From Octopus vulgaris (taxonomy: Eukaryota), in the NCBI GenBank assembly GCA_951406725.2, contig OX597817.1, positions 121,706,001-121,770,000 on the forward strand: a stretch of 64,000 nucleotides of DNA, in the 5' to 3' direction. The notes under the pieces are model-generated. The model was not told the DNA's origin. It saw nothing but the letters and a program-made list of their open reading frames with translations, and ran no database searches. The position numbers were made by a program, and so were the translations under genes. Below are positions 14,522 to 27,276 of the stretch, in pieces (positions within the stretch are counted from its first letter, which is position 1; every line of letters starts with the position of its first letter).

Positions 14522-15536
14522 GCAACTGTTGTTGCAAAGAAGGTGAACTCAATGGCAAAGGAAACAGCGTTTGGCTGATAGATGGGAACAGAAAAAACTC
14601 TGCATAGCAAATATGTGACCCGTAGCAAACAGGCTGATATAGACCAGAAGTACAACCATCAGTGGCTACAAGTCTCAGTACTACAAGCATAGAGTGAAGC
14701 CTTTCTCTTAGTTGCTGAAGATCAGAGCTTATTCACCCGAAGCTACCGAGCAGTTGTAATTAAAAATGGAGGAGACCCAAAGTGCTGATTCTACAACGAT
14801 TAAATGGAAACTGTGAACTTTTAGCACCAGTAGAGTATAAAACAAGACTTAAGAGTGTTGACCAATATCTACACGGGATATGTCAGCATATTAAAATTAA
14901 AACTGCTGACAAATGGTATAAGCACCAACTTGAGGGTGCAACTGAGGGAGAAAATGTAGCGATTCTTTGTGACTTTCCACTACATACAGACGGACCACCA
15001 AAGCTAATAAGCCAGATATTGTTCTGAAAGACCAAAACAATAAAATTTGTTTACTGATTGACATGAGCATATCTTGTGAACATAATATCTCGGCAATGGA
15101 ATTTGATAAGCTCAGAATATTTAAGGATTTGCTGATTGAAATCGTAAAAATGTGTCATCTCGAGACGGTTACAATACGAATGATTGTAGGAGCATTTGGA
15201 ATGATAAAAAAAGGAACTGGAAATTAATTGACGATGATCCCTGGCTTACCATCCATGCAAGAAGTGCAAAATATTGTCTTAACTGGTACGTCACAGGTAT
15301 TGAGAAGAGCATTGTCGTTATGAATTTTCTGTCCCTTTTCCCGTTTATTTTCTTTCTTTTTTCTTTTTTTCTTTTCCCCTTCTTTCTTTTTTCTCTCTGT
15401 CTTTTTTCCCCTTTTCCTATAGCACGACTTTTTAAATTAACAATCTGGTGTAATTATTTTAATGGCCTACCAATGTATACAGCGAGTTTCTTTGCCCTAG
15501 GTTCTGGGAAGACAGTCGGTAAGAAATTGAAAGAAA

Positions 15537-15538
<2 letters not shown>
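14521..15538 (+). mobile_element. Older 3' fragment of an R4/Dong-clade RLE non-LTR retrotransposon
   Basis: Translates to WLQVSVLQA*SEAFLLVAEDQSLFTRSYRAVVIKNGGDPKC, ICQHIKIKTADKWYKHQ...VAILCDFPLHTD, NKPDIV and IVGAFGMIKK, collinear with the C-terminus of the 17811 element; its 3' UTR differs; (AAT)n follows at 15539-15590. Confidence 0.85.
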
Positions 15539-15567
<29 letters not shown>

Positions 15568-16567
15568 AATAATAATAATAATAATAAACATAATACAGTT
15601 GTGGATACTTTAGACAGCATAATATAACACATTATATCAGCTATGCTATGTCGAAGTGGAAAATAACTACAACGCAGCACAGCAAAGAGATAATAAAAAC
15701 CACCATTACACCCATAAGAAGAAAAACCGTTGAACAATCTCCTTATCTCCTTTACAATTTTGCCTAGCTTTTACTCCATTAATACATTAACTGAGAGGCG
15801 CCAACAATGGTTATAAAAGTTAATTTTGCAGGGATATTAAATTGGGTAGAGGGTTATGCCAACGTGCCAAATCTGTTATAAGAAAAAAATGAACTTAACT
15901 TGGAGCATTAAATGAGATTTAGACTCTGCAATTTGCGAATTAGAACAGAGCCATCCATACATAAACTTGGTAATCAATAAAGCTGATAAGGTATATTACT
16001 CAGAAATGAAGAAAATATATAAGAAATTATAAACAAATATCGGGCCAGTATTAGGAAACTAAACTCTACGTCGGAAATAAGATAACATGTATAGATATAA
16101 CATCCATTTGAGTCATAAAATTGTAGAGCACAATAAATTCGAATTTAACTAAATTGAAGAGCTTAGATAGGTAAAAACTCGAAAAGTAATCATTTCATTC
16201 TCAACTCATTTTAACATCAATACAAATCGTAAACGCGTTCCTTGTGTACAGGCGAGAGCAAATTTAGAAATAGAGAACTATTAGAAAGTGATACAATGGA
16301 CAAAATGTTATTAGCATCACGCAAAAAATACCCCAAGTGGTTTAATAAAGGACCATGGATATAAGAAGCAATAGTTCCATTATATACAAGTAAATAATAA
16401 TGGACACATTATAATGTAAAAAGCAACCAAGAATAAGGATTATATTCAGACAAATCAACGGAAGAGTTTTTAAAATGATCAAATGCATAAGTTATGTTAA
16501 TAAACATGATTTACAATTATAAGACTTTTAGTAATTCTGGAAGAACAGCAAATTTCCCATTCCGGCT

Positions 16568-16653
16568 GTGTTCACCTTGCCCGCTTCTGTTGTAGACTCT
16601 GAAAAAACGACGGACCTCTCCTTGTCTACGACAGAAGCGGGCAAGATGGACAC
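16568..16653. other. 30-bp stem hairpin (pre-miRNA-like or tiny fold-back insertion)
   Basis: gtgttcaccttgcccgcttctgttgtagac (16568-16597) pairs with gtctacgacagaagcgggcaagatggacac (16624-16653): 2 G-U pairs and 1 C-A mismatch on the + strand, 26-nt loop. Confidence 0.8.
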
Positions 16654-17059
16654 CTCTATTTGAATGCTCGAAGGTGGTCATAGGTAATCATTGATCACTT
16701 GACCATTAAGAAACGGACTGGTTAAATGCCAATGATCACAAGTAGGACACCTCAGAGCTGAACTGGTGCTATACACAATTGGTGTAGATTTTCTTTTTAT
16801 CCCAGAGTGAATACGTGTTGTCTATGTACACCACACAGCTTTCCATACGAGTCATTTCTGCCAACTTGTCAAAGTAAGCATCTCAGACAACGGATTCGAA
16901 TATACAGTCAAATAATACTCCGACTGGATATGCCCAGTAATATGCGAAAGAAAATCTCAGTGTTATAACACAACGTATTCATCCCACTTGCTTAACAATC
17001 ATCTCGAACACTGAGATCGCTCAGAACATATGCAATAGAATTACTCAAAGAGACATTCG

Positions 17060-17165
17060 TGTATTGAAGAGAATGCTTGCGGATTTTGTTCAGATTCTAT
17101 CCTCTGATATCAAAGCCTGTAGAGGTCGACGCCACCTTTCATTTTCGGGGATTGACGAAAAGATA
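17060..17165 (+). mobile_element. Partial family A SINE
   Basis: aatgcttgcggattttg...gaggtcgacgccacctttcattttcggggattgacgaaa resembles 43070-43160. Confidence 0.5.
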
Positions 17166-17691
17166 CCTCGCGGTATCTGTACCGCCTCTTTGCGTTCTGA
17201 GTTGAACTCATATCATAACCTATTTGGCTGGTAGACTTAATCTCTCGGTCAGTTTAGCATCGCCAGCTGGTCGCTTAGGTGCATCCTACTCTGCTGCAAG
17301 CATTCAAGTTAAGTTTATAATTTGAAGGAATTTCCTCCCTCCCACCTACCAATTTCAGAGACCTTATGACAAATCATGAGCACTGCTTTCGATTCTTTGT
17401 ACAAAGATATAACAAGATACAAGACATTCTACAATCCTTCTCGTGACGTGAACGTGCGTGTTGTGTTAAGTAAAAACCTTTTTTTTTACGTTGCTCTAGT
17501 GCTCTCTGTGAACCAGTATGTAAAACAATAGATTCAACGATTCCTCTTTGCATCGTAAAAGGCGACTAAAAGAAGTTGAAGTAGGATTTACACTGCGACC
17601 TCGTGAAAACCTTATCAACAATGACTACCCAAACAGGCCCATAAATTGGAAGGTTGTCGACCTAGTGGTGCAAAGATGACATTCCCCCATA

Positions 17692-17697
17692 CTGCTG

Positions 17698-17737
<40 letters not shown>

Positions 17738-17810
17738 CACCACCATCAATAATAGTAATAATAATAATAATAATAATAACAATAATAATGATAATAACAA
17801 TAATAATAAT
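17692..17810. repeat. (CTA)n-(CCA)n-(AAT)n compound microsatellite (5' flank of the Dong-like LINE)
   Basis: Directly visible. Confidence 0.95.
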
Positions 17811-20241
17811 GAGAAAAATATGGTCGGCGAACGAACAACAAAAAAAAAGGAGTATCAAAATAACAAACTCGGCATCTGAACAACTTTGGACCCCCATAAC
17901 AACTGAAGAGGTCACCCAGGCACTGCAAAGACTAAGCAACTGGAAGCACCTGGGCATGACAAGATCCCCAACTTCTGGTTGAAATATCTAACAGCAATGC
18001 ACAAAAAGCTGGCTGAAAACTTTAACAACATACTAGCAGAGCCAGAGACAATGCCTGAATGGCTCACGAAGGGGAAAACCATCTTAATTCCCAAATCAAA
18101 TGAAACAGCAAAACCAGAAAACTACAGACCAATAACCTGCCTCCCTACTATGTTCAAGGTATTTACTGCAGTGATATCGCAAAGGCTGAACAAGCACCTG
18201 GACGAAAACAAACTGTTCCCAGAAGAGCAGAAAGGATGCCGCAAAGGCTCATATGGCTGTAAAGATCAACTAATGATTAATAAAGCCATAACTGAAGACA
18301 GCCACAGAAAGAAGAAAGGCCTCAGTATGGCCTGGATTGACTACAAAAAGGCATTTGATAGCATCCCCCACACATGGATCCTCAAAACACTAGCCATTAA
18401 CAAAGTAGCACCAACAATCATAAAGTTCATAGAGCACTCTATGAATAAATGGCAAACAGTCCTACACCTCCAAACAAAAGAGGGACTCATGAAAACCAAA
18501 GACATCCCCATTAGAAGAGGAATATTCCAGGGAGACACGCTCTCTCCACTCCTTTTCTGCTTGGCACTGTCACCTCTATCTGATATGCTAAATAGAACTG
18601 GATGCGGATATAAATGTTACGGCAAAACGATCAGCCACCTTTTATACATGGATGACCTAAAACTATACGCTGCAAATGACAAACAGCTGGAAACACTATT
18701 AAGGACAGTTCATGGATTTACCAAAGAAATAGATATGAAATTTGGATTAGAAAAATGCGCCAAAGTAACCATGAAAAGAGGAAAACTAGTTAAGAGTAAC
18801 AACATCACACTAGATAAAACCAATGAAATAAAATAATTAGACCAAAGCCAAACTTACAAATACTTAGGAATCCAAGAACTAGATAAGACACAACACACAC
18901 AAATGAAAGAGAAAATAAAAAAGAATATTATAGACGAGTTAGATCAATACTAAAAACAGAGCTCAATGCTAAAAACAAGATAATAGGTATCAACACTTTA
19001 GCTGTCCCTGTTATAAGTTACAGCTACAATATCCTTAACTGGACACGAAATGAACTGACCAAAATAGATAGGAAAACAAGAAAAATAATGACAGGATCTA
19101 GGATGCATCACCCAAACTCTGACATAGAAAGACTATATATACAACGTATAGAAGGTGGTAGAGGCCTTATACAGCTGGATAACTACTATAAAATAACCAC
19201 CATAGGACTGCAAAAATATCTACTTCAGAAGGAAGGAAAACTGATCCAGATAGCGGCAAAACACGAGCAAAACAAAAATATGTTCTCAGTATTTAAGGAA
19301 GCTGACAAATACAAACAAGAAATCATACCACCTAATAAACATGAAGAAGAAGAAGAAGAAGAAGAAGAAGAAGAAGAAGAAGAAGAAGAAGAAGAAGATG
19401 AAGAAACAACAAAAGCTATAAAACAAATGAAATCCAAACTAAAAATAGAACAGCAACGAACCATGATAAAACGATGGCAAGAAAAGCTCCTTCATGGTAA
19501 ATACTGGACTAAACTAAACGCAAGAGAAATAGACTAAGAAAAATCCCAGCAATGGTTGAGAAGCTCAGGACTCAAAGCAGAAACAGAGGGATTTTTAATT
19601 GCAGCACAAGACCAAAGCCTCCCCACCAGAAATTACCAAAAACATGTAATGAAAAGAAATATTACAAGTAACTGCAGAATATGTGGAGATGGACAAGAAA
19701 CAATAAATCATATTATCTCTAGCTGCCCAGTCCTGGTTAAGAAGGAATATATTCACAGACATGACAGAGTTGGAACCTACATACATTGGAAGCTATGCCA
19801 ACATTATGGAATAACAACAGAAAAAAGATGGTATAAGCACACACCAGAAAAGGTCACAGAAAACGAGAAAGCAACCATACTCTGGGATATGCCGATACAC
19901 ACAGATAGAGAAATTAAGGCCAACAGACCAGATATAGTTTTCAGAGATCATGAAAAAAAAAATGCTTTCTAATAGATGTATCAATACCGGCAGATGACAA
20001 CGTGTCTCTAAAAGAAATGGAAACACTCTCACAATACAAATACCTGGAAATAGAGGTAACTAGAATGTGGAATCTGAAAACAGAAACAATTCCTATCATA
20101 GTAGGTGCATTAGGCATGATAAAAAAATATTCAGAAAAATACATATCAAAAACACCAGGACTTACAAACACATATAACATACAGAAAATTGCACTACTAG
20201 GCACTGCACACATCCTACGCAGAACACTTTCCATACAATAA
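17811..20241 (+). pseudogene. Disrupted RT-RLE ORF of the Dong-like element
   Basis: In-frame stops at ~17980, 18834 and 19535; frameshifts in A-runs at ~18920 and ~19960; terminal TAA at 20239-20241; in-frame (GAA)n poly-Glu tract at ~19343-19405. Confidence 0.9.
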
Positions 20242-20338
20242 CCATCAGAGCATCACAACAAATCACAGCACATATCCAAGGCACACAGAGCTGCGCTCGG
20301 TAGTGACGTGAAAGCACGCTATAAAAATAAAACTACTG
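17811..20338 (+). mobile_element. 5'-truncated R4/Dong-clade non-LTR retrotransposon (RT, CCHC knuckle, restriction-like endonuclease) inserted in (AAT)n
   Basis: RT motifs NYRPITCLPT, EQKGCRKGSYGCKDQL, WIDYKKAFDSIPH, GIFQGDTLSPLLF, HLLYMDDLKLY and FGLEKC; then CRICGDGQETINHIISSC, RHDRV and RPDIV..IDVS..KY (RLE); ~97-bp 3' UTR; (AAT)n on both sides, the known target of Dong. Confidence 0.92.
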
Positions 20339-20351
20339 AATGATAATAATG

Positions 20352-20432
<81 letters not shown>
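20339..20432. repeat. (AAT)n microsatellite
   Basis: About 30 near-perfect units. Confidence 0.97.
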
Positions 20433-20435
<3 letters not shown>

Positions 20436-20988
20436 GCCCTGAAACAGTACTAGGCAGTGGTTCTCATGGCTTCTGATCTTAACTGATTGGAAGTGTTATC
20501 ATGTACATTGTTTTGTCTTGGTATAAAAGATGGGCTACAACAAATATTCTGCTCAATACCACAGATTTGCTTGTCAGTTGTTTGACCTTAACCGGTTGAG
20601 CATGTCCCTTAATGCCTGACGATATGTGCATCTCTGATCACGAGCAGAAGTAGTGGGGGTGCATCATAGTCATGTGTTGAGAGGGATTCTTCGGTGTTTG
20701 AATAATTCACCTCTGGAAACATGGGTGTTTCGTTCAACATCCTTAAACAACCCCTATTCAGGGACTTTTGAGCGGGATGGGTTACTCCACCAGAGGAAAA
20801 TTCTAACTGGGCACTACCTGCAAGGTCATGTGCTGTTTATCTTGATATGGGATCACCATGTCGCGCACATATGGTCGTGATGCATGTGCATAGTGTATAC
20901 TTAGCAGACGAGTAGTCCTGATGGGTATACTGGACTTCGTATATTTTACCCTAGTGTCACTTTGATGGCATGCATTGCTCTCTCACTC
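20433..20988. mobile_element. Unclassified ~556-bp non-coding element bounded by (AAT)n on both sides
   Basis: Sharp boundaries, GC-richer than the flanks, no long ORF and no TIR. I recall similar sequence as a repeat in octopus DNA (not verified). Confidence 0.55.
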
Positions 20989-20991
20989 AAT

Positions 20992-21061
<70 letters not shown>
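20989..21061. repeat. (AAT)n microsatellite
   Basis: Directly visible. Confidence 0.97.
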
Positions 21062-21063
<2 letters not shown>

Positions 21064-21187
21064 GCTCTTGATACTGTGACAAAATCGCATTTCTATGTCA
21101 CAGAAACATTACCCAATAAAATAACTTAATTCAAAGCTAAGGAGGGAAACCATTTGACTGCTCAACTGGTAATAAATAGAAACCACA

Positions 21188-21227
<40 letters not shown>

Positions 21228-21759
21228 CTCTCTCGTCTCTCTTCATAAGGTTGAATAGGAAAAAACCCCATTATATATATATCCTTAGACTGCCCCCCCC
21301 CCCACTAAAAAGATGAAATAACAACGTCTGGAATGATTTTACTCATAAGTCTACTTAATCAAATTTGACTTAGTATAAACATCGATAATGTAACAATCTA
21401 CAGTACATTTTCCAGAGGACAAGTCAAGTAACTGAAATATTTCCAGGAAGTAAAAAAGAAAACGTCATAAGTGTTTACAAATCACCCAATACAAAACAAC
21501 ATGCTCGAAATTAGTGCAAATATAACGATAAATCAAGGTTTTCTCGAGGCATAGGTTGTAGGGTACAAGGCCTGTTGGAAGGCACCTAAATGTAACCATA
21601 TATGATTCGCTGCTTCAAAGACCAGAAACAGTACTTCCGTTTGATCTGTCCAGGTTTGTGGTGTTCACATCTTTGCTACACATGATAATGATAACACGCC
21701 GCCTCCAAACCATCTTTTAACTTTGAGCAAGTTAAAACCAAGTGCTAGGCTTAAAATTA

Positions 21760-21850
21760 TAAGGACTGGGGTCGATTTATTCGACTAAATATTCTTCAAT
21801 GCGGTGCTACATCATGGTTGCACTCTAATGACTGAAACATGTAAAAGGGA
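21760..21850 (+). mobile_element. 3' fragment of a family B SINE
   Basis: actggggtcgatttattcgactaa...gcggtgctacatcatggttgca...tgactgaaacatgtaaaag matches the 3' end of 59501-59900. Confidence 0.55.
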
Positions 21851-22579
21851 GAAGATAAAAATGACGAGAGCATCTCTGTGCTTGCTCGACCAGTTAGAAA
21901 CAGCAAGCAGATCTTCATCAAATTAAACTCAGCTTTCTTGAAGAGAGCACATACATATTGAGTAATGTAGTTTTAGATACTCATTGATAACTAAAAATAG
22001 ATTGATTGACATGCCATTGATCATTGTTATGATACCTCAGAGCTGAATTGGATTCTGTTTTCCGTTTATTATCAATATGGAGTGATTCCTTTAAGTGTTC
22101 CTGCCCAAAGGCTGTGTCAGTACTGGAGCACCGTCATTTACATGTCGCTTCTATTAAAAGTTAGGGTGCAGCTCAATATTGATAGCAACAAGTAAGTTAT
22201 TACTCACAGAAAATGATGATAATCGAAATAAAAGCTAGGAGTTATTCCGCATGTTTCCAAAACAAATGAGAAAACACATAAATACGTATGAAAATGCTTT
22301 TATAAAATTCTACATGTATCTTTACATATTTTATACCCTAACCTAAATATCAGTTCAAACAGGGGATATCTTATCTGTAAACGATATCTAAAAACATACA
22401 AAAAAAAAACGAGAAACAGATATCCGGAAACAGGGATAACCACTATGGAATGTGGAAGCGAAACCGATCCCTATAATGAGTGATTTGGAAACTATTGAAA
22501 TAATGCAAAAAAATACAAAACCAAAACTTGGATACAGTACAGGGAAAGGTACCGAATAATGATAGAAAAATCATGGTTT

Positions 22580-23065
22580 TAAATGTTGGCACAAAGCCAG
22601 AAGTTTTGGGGAAGAGTTAAGTCGATTACCTCAATCCAATACCCCATTGCTATTTGGTTTATCGACCTGAGGGAATCAAAGGTAAAGTTGATCACGCGGT
22701 GATCTAAACTCAGATTGTAAAGAGACGGAGCAAATACTGCTAAATATTTTGTCTGACGTTCTAACGACTCCGATTGAGCTCGGTGGAGTTTGAACTAAGA
22801 TGTGATGGAAAAAACTACCACAAAACATTTTTGGTCGATGCTCTCACGATTTTAATATTGTTGAAAAATTTTGGCAGAATGCTACGAAGTTTCGGAAAGG
22901 AGTAAGTCGACCCATCGACCCCAGTGCATAAATCGTATTTATTTTTATCGTCCTCGTAAAGCAAAGTTGACTCTGGTAGAATTTAAACTCGGAACGTAAG
23001 TACAGACGAAATGCCGCTAAGAATTTTCCTCGGGGTGATAACGATTCTTCTATCTTGTCACCTTT
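22580..23065 (-). mobile_element. Second tandem cluster of degenerate family A SINE copies
   Basis: Repeated gtcga...ttatcg...aaagttga...aactc.ga..gtaa...aaat.c.gctaa...aacga.tc blocks at ~22580-22760, ~22780-22850 and ~22870-23065. Confidence 0.65.
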
Positions 23066-23559
23066 CTAGCGATTTTAATAATAATCATATTTGCCTCATT
23101 CTTTCGGGATATATTATGGCAGACAGAAGACGTACTGTTAGTAATTGGTTCGGACAAGGTCACAAATGTAAACAAAATATACACAATATGATCCGAAAGG
23201 TTTAGAATATAGCGTGTTAAACAATGTCGTTTTTATGTACAATTTGTAGGTGTATTTATTCAATAATTTAATGTTGGCAATAAAATTAAAATATACTGGA
23301 AATCGAAATGTAATCAAATTTACCGAGAAAAAGAAATCAATTAATTTGAAAGTGTCAGTATTTATTTCAATAATGTTGACGAATAAGGATTTTACTGTTT
23401 CTTAACTGATAGTTGAATAAAGGGAAATTAAAATCAAAAGTATGATCAAACGAATTTCCATCATAAATTTGGGTGTCATTTTTAATTACTGCATTCGTCT
23501 ACATATATGAAATCAACTAAATGGAAATTATTGGAAGATCAAAGCCTAGAGATAATCAT

Positions 23560-23604
23560 ATATATTTGTGTGTATGTATGTATGTATGTATATATGTATG
23601 TATG

Positions 23605-23646
<42 letters not shown>

Positions 23647-23674
23647 TACATACTTACATATACACATATACGTT

Positions 23675-23723
<49 letters not shown>

Positions 23724-24233
23724 ATATATATATAAACATATGCACATACATTTTCACATGGATATAATATAATTTTTTGCCTGTATATATATATATATGC
23801 TTACGTATATGTTTGTGTCTGTGCGTATGTGTATGGTTGCATGAGTGTGTGTTTATGTGCTATACATATACTAACACGCACGCACATAAGTTAAAATTGT
23901 TCAAAAGACAGCATACTACAAACGTGAAATTAAAGTAGTGAAAGTAGATGTAAGGACATTAGAACAACGCTCTACACTTTACTTTATATATATATTTTTT
24001 CTGTCTGGAGAAATCGGAAGATTATGTTGAGCTGATATCCGTTGCTCAGATATGTAGGAGGGTTCGAGATATGCGGAGAGTGGATTTATAAAAGTAACTA
24101 AACCATCTTCCTCCGATATGGGAGTGCTAATTTCTCATAAATGGGTATTAACTTCTAATTATTGAAATATAAGATTAACTGTAAACCGATATCGCTTTCT
24201 TTCCTCACTACTTAAATTCTTTATTTAAATCTT

Positions 24234-24327
<94 letters not shown>

Positions 24328-24430
24328 GTGTGTTTGTGTACATGTGCATGTATGTGTTAATATAGACATATGTGTGTGTATGAGTGTGTGCGGGGGTGTG
24401 TGTATGTATGGGCATATGTGTATGTGCCTG
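23560..24430. repeat. (TA)n/(TATG)n tracts and a long perfect (TCTA)n (24236-24326)
   Basis: Directly visible. Confidence 0.9.
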
Positions 24431-27276
24431 CGCGCACCTTTGTTCTTGTATTTGTTCGTCACTGTTTGAGAGGGCATAAAAAGAGTCCGAAGGACATAAG
24501 GCCAAGTGTGTGGAAGCAATGTGAACTATAAAATGATATGAAAATAAGTATGGAAACCTAAGTGTGTAGTAATGAGATTGCTAATCTGAAATGAAGAGGA
24601 AAATAAAGATAGCGTTATCGTATCTATCAAATCTTCTGGAAAAAGGAATATGAACATGGAGATAAATATATATTATTGTTATAAAATATCGCTTTGTGTT
24701 GTTGGTTTACTAACAAGGAAAATGAGTGTTAGTTACTGGGAATTAGTAAGTGGTAACAAGAGATTATGTATTAGGTCTCGATAAGAGTATTTAATACACT
24801 GTATGATGGGCTCTGCTAAAATGTTTGTTTCAGGAGGTATTTACGGAGGGGACTAGGTATAACATGATGTTTACGAGCTGATAATTTACAGTTTTATAAT
24901 TATGTTTGAGTATGAAACTCTCCTGAGGTATACATAAGCATAACTTTTAGTCCGATGCCCTGCAATTTTCAGGGTTTATCTATTTAATATTGTCTGAGCA
25001 TGTTCCAAATGTAAGTGGATGTTTTGTTGAATTGTCTTATCTAAATTTGTAACACAGTTAGTATAATTGACTTATCACAATATAGATTTATTACTCCTTA
25101 TTTCAAGTTATAGATGACCCAATCAGCTAAAGGAAAAATATCATTGGATAATATAGATTGGCGGAAGAAAACATTCTTTAAGAGCTTGAAAACCGCAGGC
25201 AAAACAAGGTGAATTGGTTTGCTTGCCATTCCGCTGAGAACGACACCTGTGGATTAAACATAGCATCATTTTGTAACACGATGCTAAAAGCATATTTATG
25301 AAATTATTAAACAAATTGCTTTTTTATTACTTCAGTTTATTAACATGTCTAGCCTACAAATGCTCCGATACGAACATGAAAATATATAGGCCTTTGTACA
25401 TCACATATTTTCGTATTTGATTGTAAGCTGCGATATCTATTTCCGATAAAACAGACGATGTAATCATTTCTAGCAAGCTTAAAAATATGAAACTACATGA
25501 ATTTTCCTCCAGTTCTTTTTCAAGAGCGAGACCTGTGGTTTAATCACATGGTCTACCTACGCACTTCTTACTTTAATTATTACACAAAGAAGCATTGGTC
25601 AAGTTATCAAAAATAGCTTTCATACTTATTTAAGTAGGTGATGTTTATTAAGCTACGCAAAATAACAGCTAATGATGTTTTTTCCTCAAACCTGCATTGT
25701 CATAAAAGGAAAAGGGAATGATACATTGTTGATCCCCAAATTGTAAATTTGTCCAATTGGACCTATCTTGAAGCAAAACAGCAACAAACCAGTTTGTATT
25801 GCTCTATCTGCTCTTGTGATTTCTAATTACAACCACGAGAAAACCTTTAGTTTCTACAGGAGTATTTCTAATGTAGAATTTATAGCAATGATTTGTATTA
25901 ACTTTTTATACTCTTTCCATTAGTTTTTCTACGGATTCATGTTATTCACAAGAGTTCTTTTTATCTCAGATGTTATAATTTGCATTAAGTATACGTATTT
26001 CTAATGCTATTTTAAATATATACTTTCAAATTGTATACAAAACGCTGAAGATCTATTTGATTTCTTATAAATAGTTAAGATTCAGTATTAACGTCCACAT
26101 CCATATTAGAATTAAGAAGAGTTCTAATAAAGAAAATAATTAAGTTTTATTAAGCGAGAGGCAATGTATACAATTGTACGTCCTTAAATATTGAATATAC
26201 GGCATATGTGGTGATATAAGTGAGCAGAGTCTAATTATTATATGGAGAAACGAAGCCGTACTCACAAAAAAAGCATCTGATATTTCTGTCAAATGATCAC
26301 TTGTGGAAGACTTCCATCAAAAACTGAGTTTTTACTCACAGAAATCTAAATTTCCAAACACACCAGAACACACACATGAAGACAAATACACACAATCACT
26401 TTATGAATATAATTTAACAACAAATTGAGAAACCCAGAAAAAATCTTATACAAACATACTGACATAAATGCACACACAAATACATTTATAATCATGCACA
26501 TATACGGACAGACGTTGATATGGCGTCTTTATTAGGTACGTGAATAAATAAACCGATGCTGACATTATTAGAAGGAGATAGGTGACGAAAGAAAGAAATT
26601 AATTTTCCCGAATTACGATAAGAAATGGAATGTTGTGATTTCATTCGAAATAATTTGTCGAAAAATATAAAGCTATTAAAACTCCAACAAAACAAGACAA
26701 GATCATACGAGATTCACTTAATCTTCGCATGATGATTTCTATGTATGCAGATCTAGATATAATTATATATATATATAAATATATTAAATTATGTTATTAA
26801 GATCAATGTATGTAGGTATTGATAATATTTAAGAGTGCAAGGAGATGTCAATGCTTAACAGTTAAACTTGGTATAGACGTGATGATATGACCCAAATTCA
26901 TTTCATGAAAATCAATAAGGAAACCAAAGCCCTTTCACACAGAATTTCATATTTCACTTAAAGCCTGATATATGAAAGATATTTCGTGTATTGGCTTCCC
27001 AGATATTTGTAGTACAGGCTATCAAAATATTTATTTGAATTTAGATAGTTGCGTTTCCATTAAACATACACTTTCTGGAAGCTTCTTTTAATCTTGTCTT
27101 TTTCATAAAAATGTGGTGGGAATATATCATACTGATTTATACAAAATATATTCAAAGCTTCAGAAAGGGAACATACGTTCGGATGAATTTATTTAATATG
27201 ACCATACTTATTTAACGCATTAAAATACCTTATGAAAATACGACTGTATATCATATAAGACATATTAGCGATATTA

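Noticed and set aside
20610-20735. CTGACGA ... GAAACATGGGTGTT inside the 556-bp element as a hammerhead
   Set aside because: The ~90 nt between the cores gives no closing stem II, and stem I is mismatched at the core.
24540-25060. Possible reversed PLE endonuclease tail and pLTR (FILKHNYKTVN-like)
   Set aside because: Too degenerate to support a call by eye.
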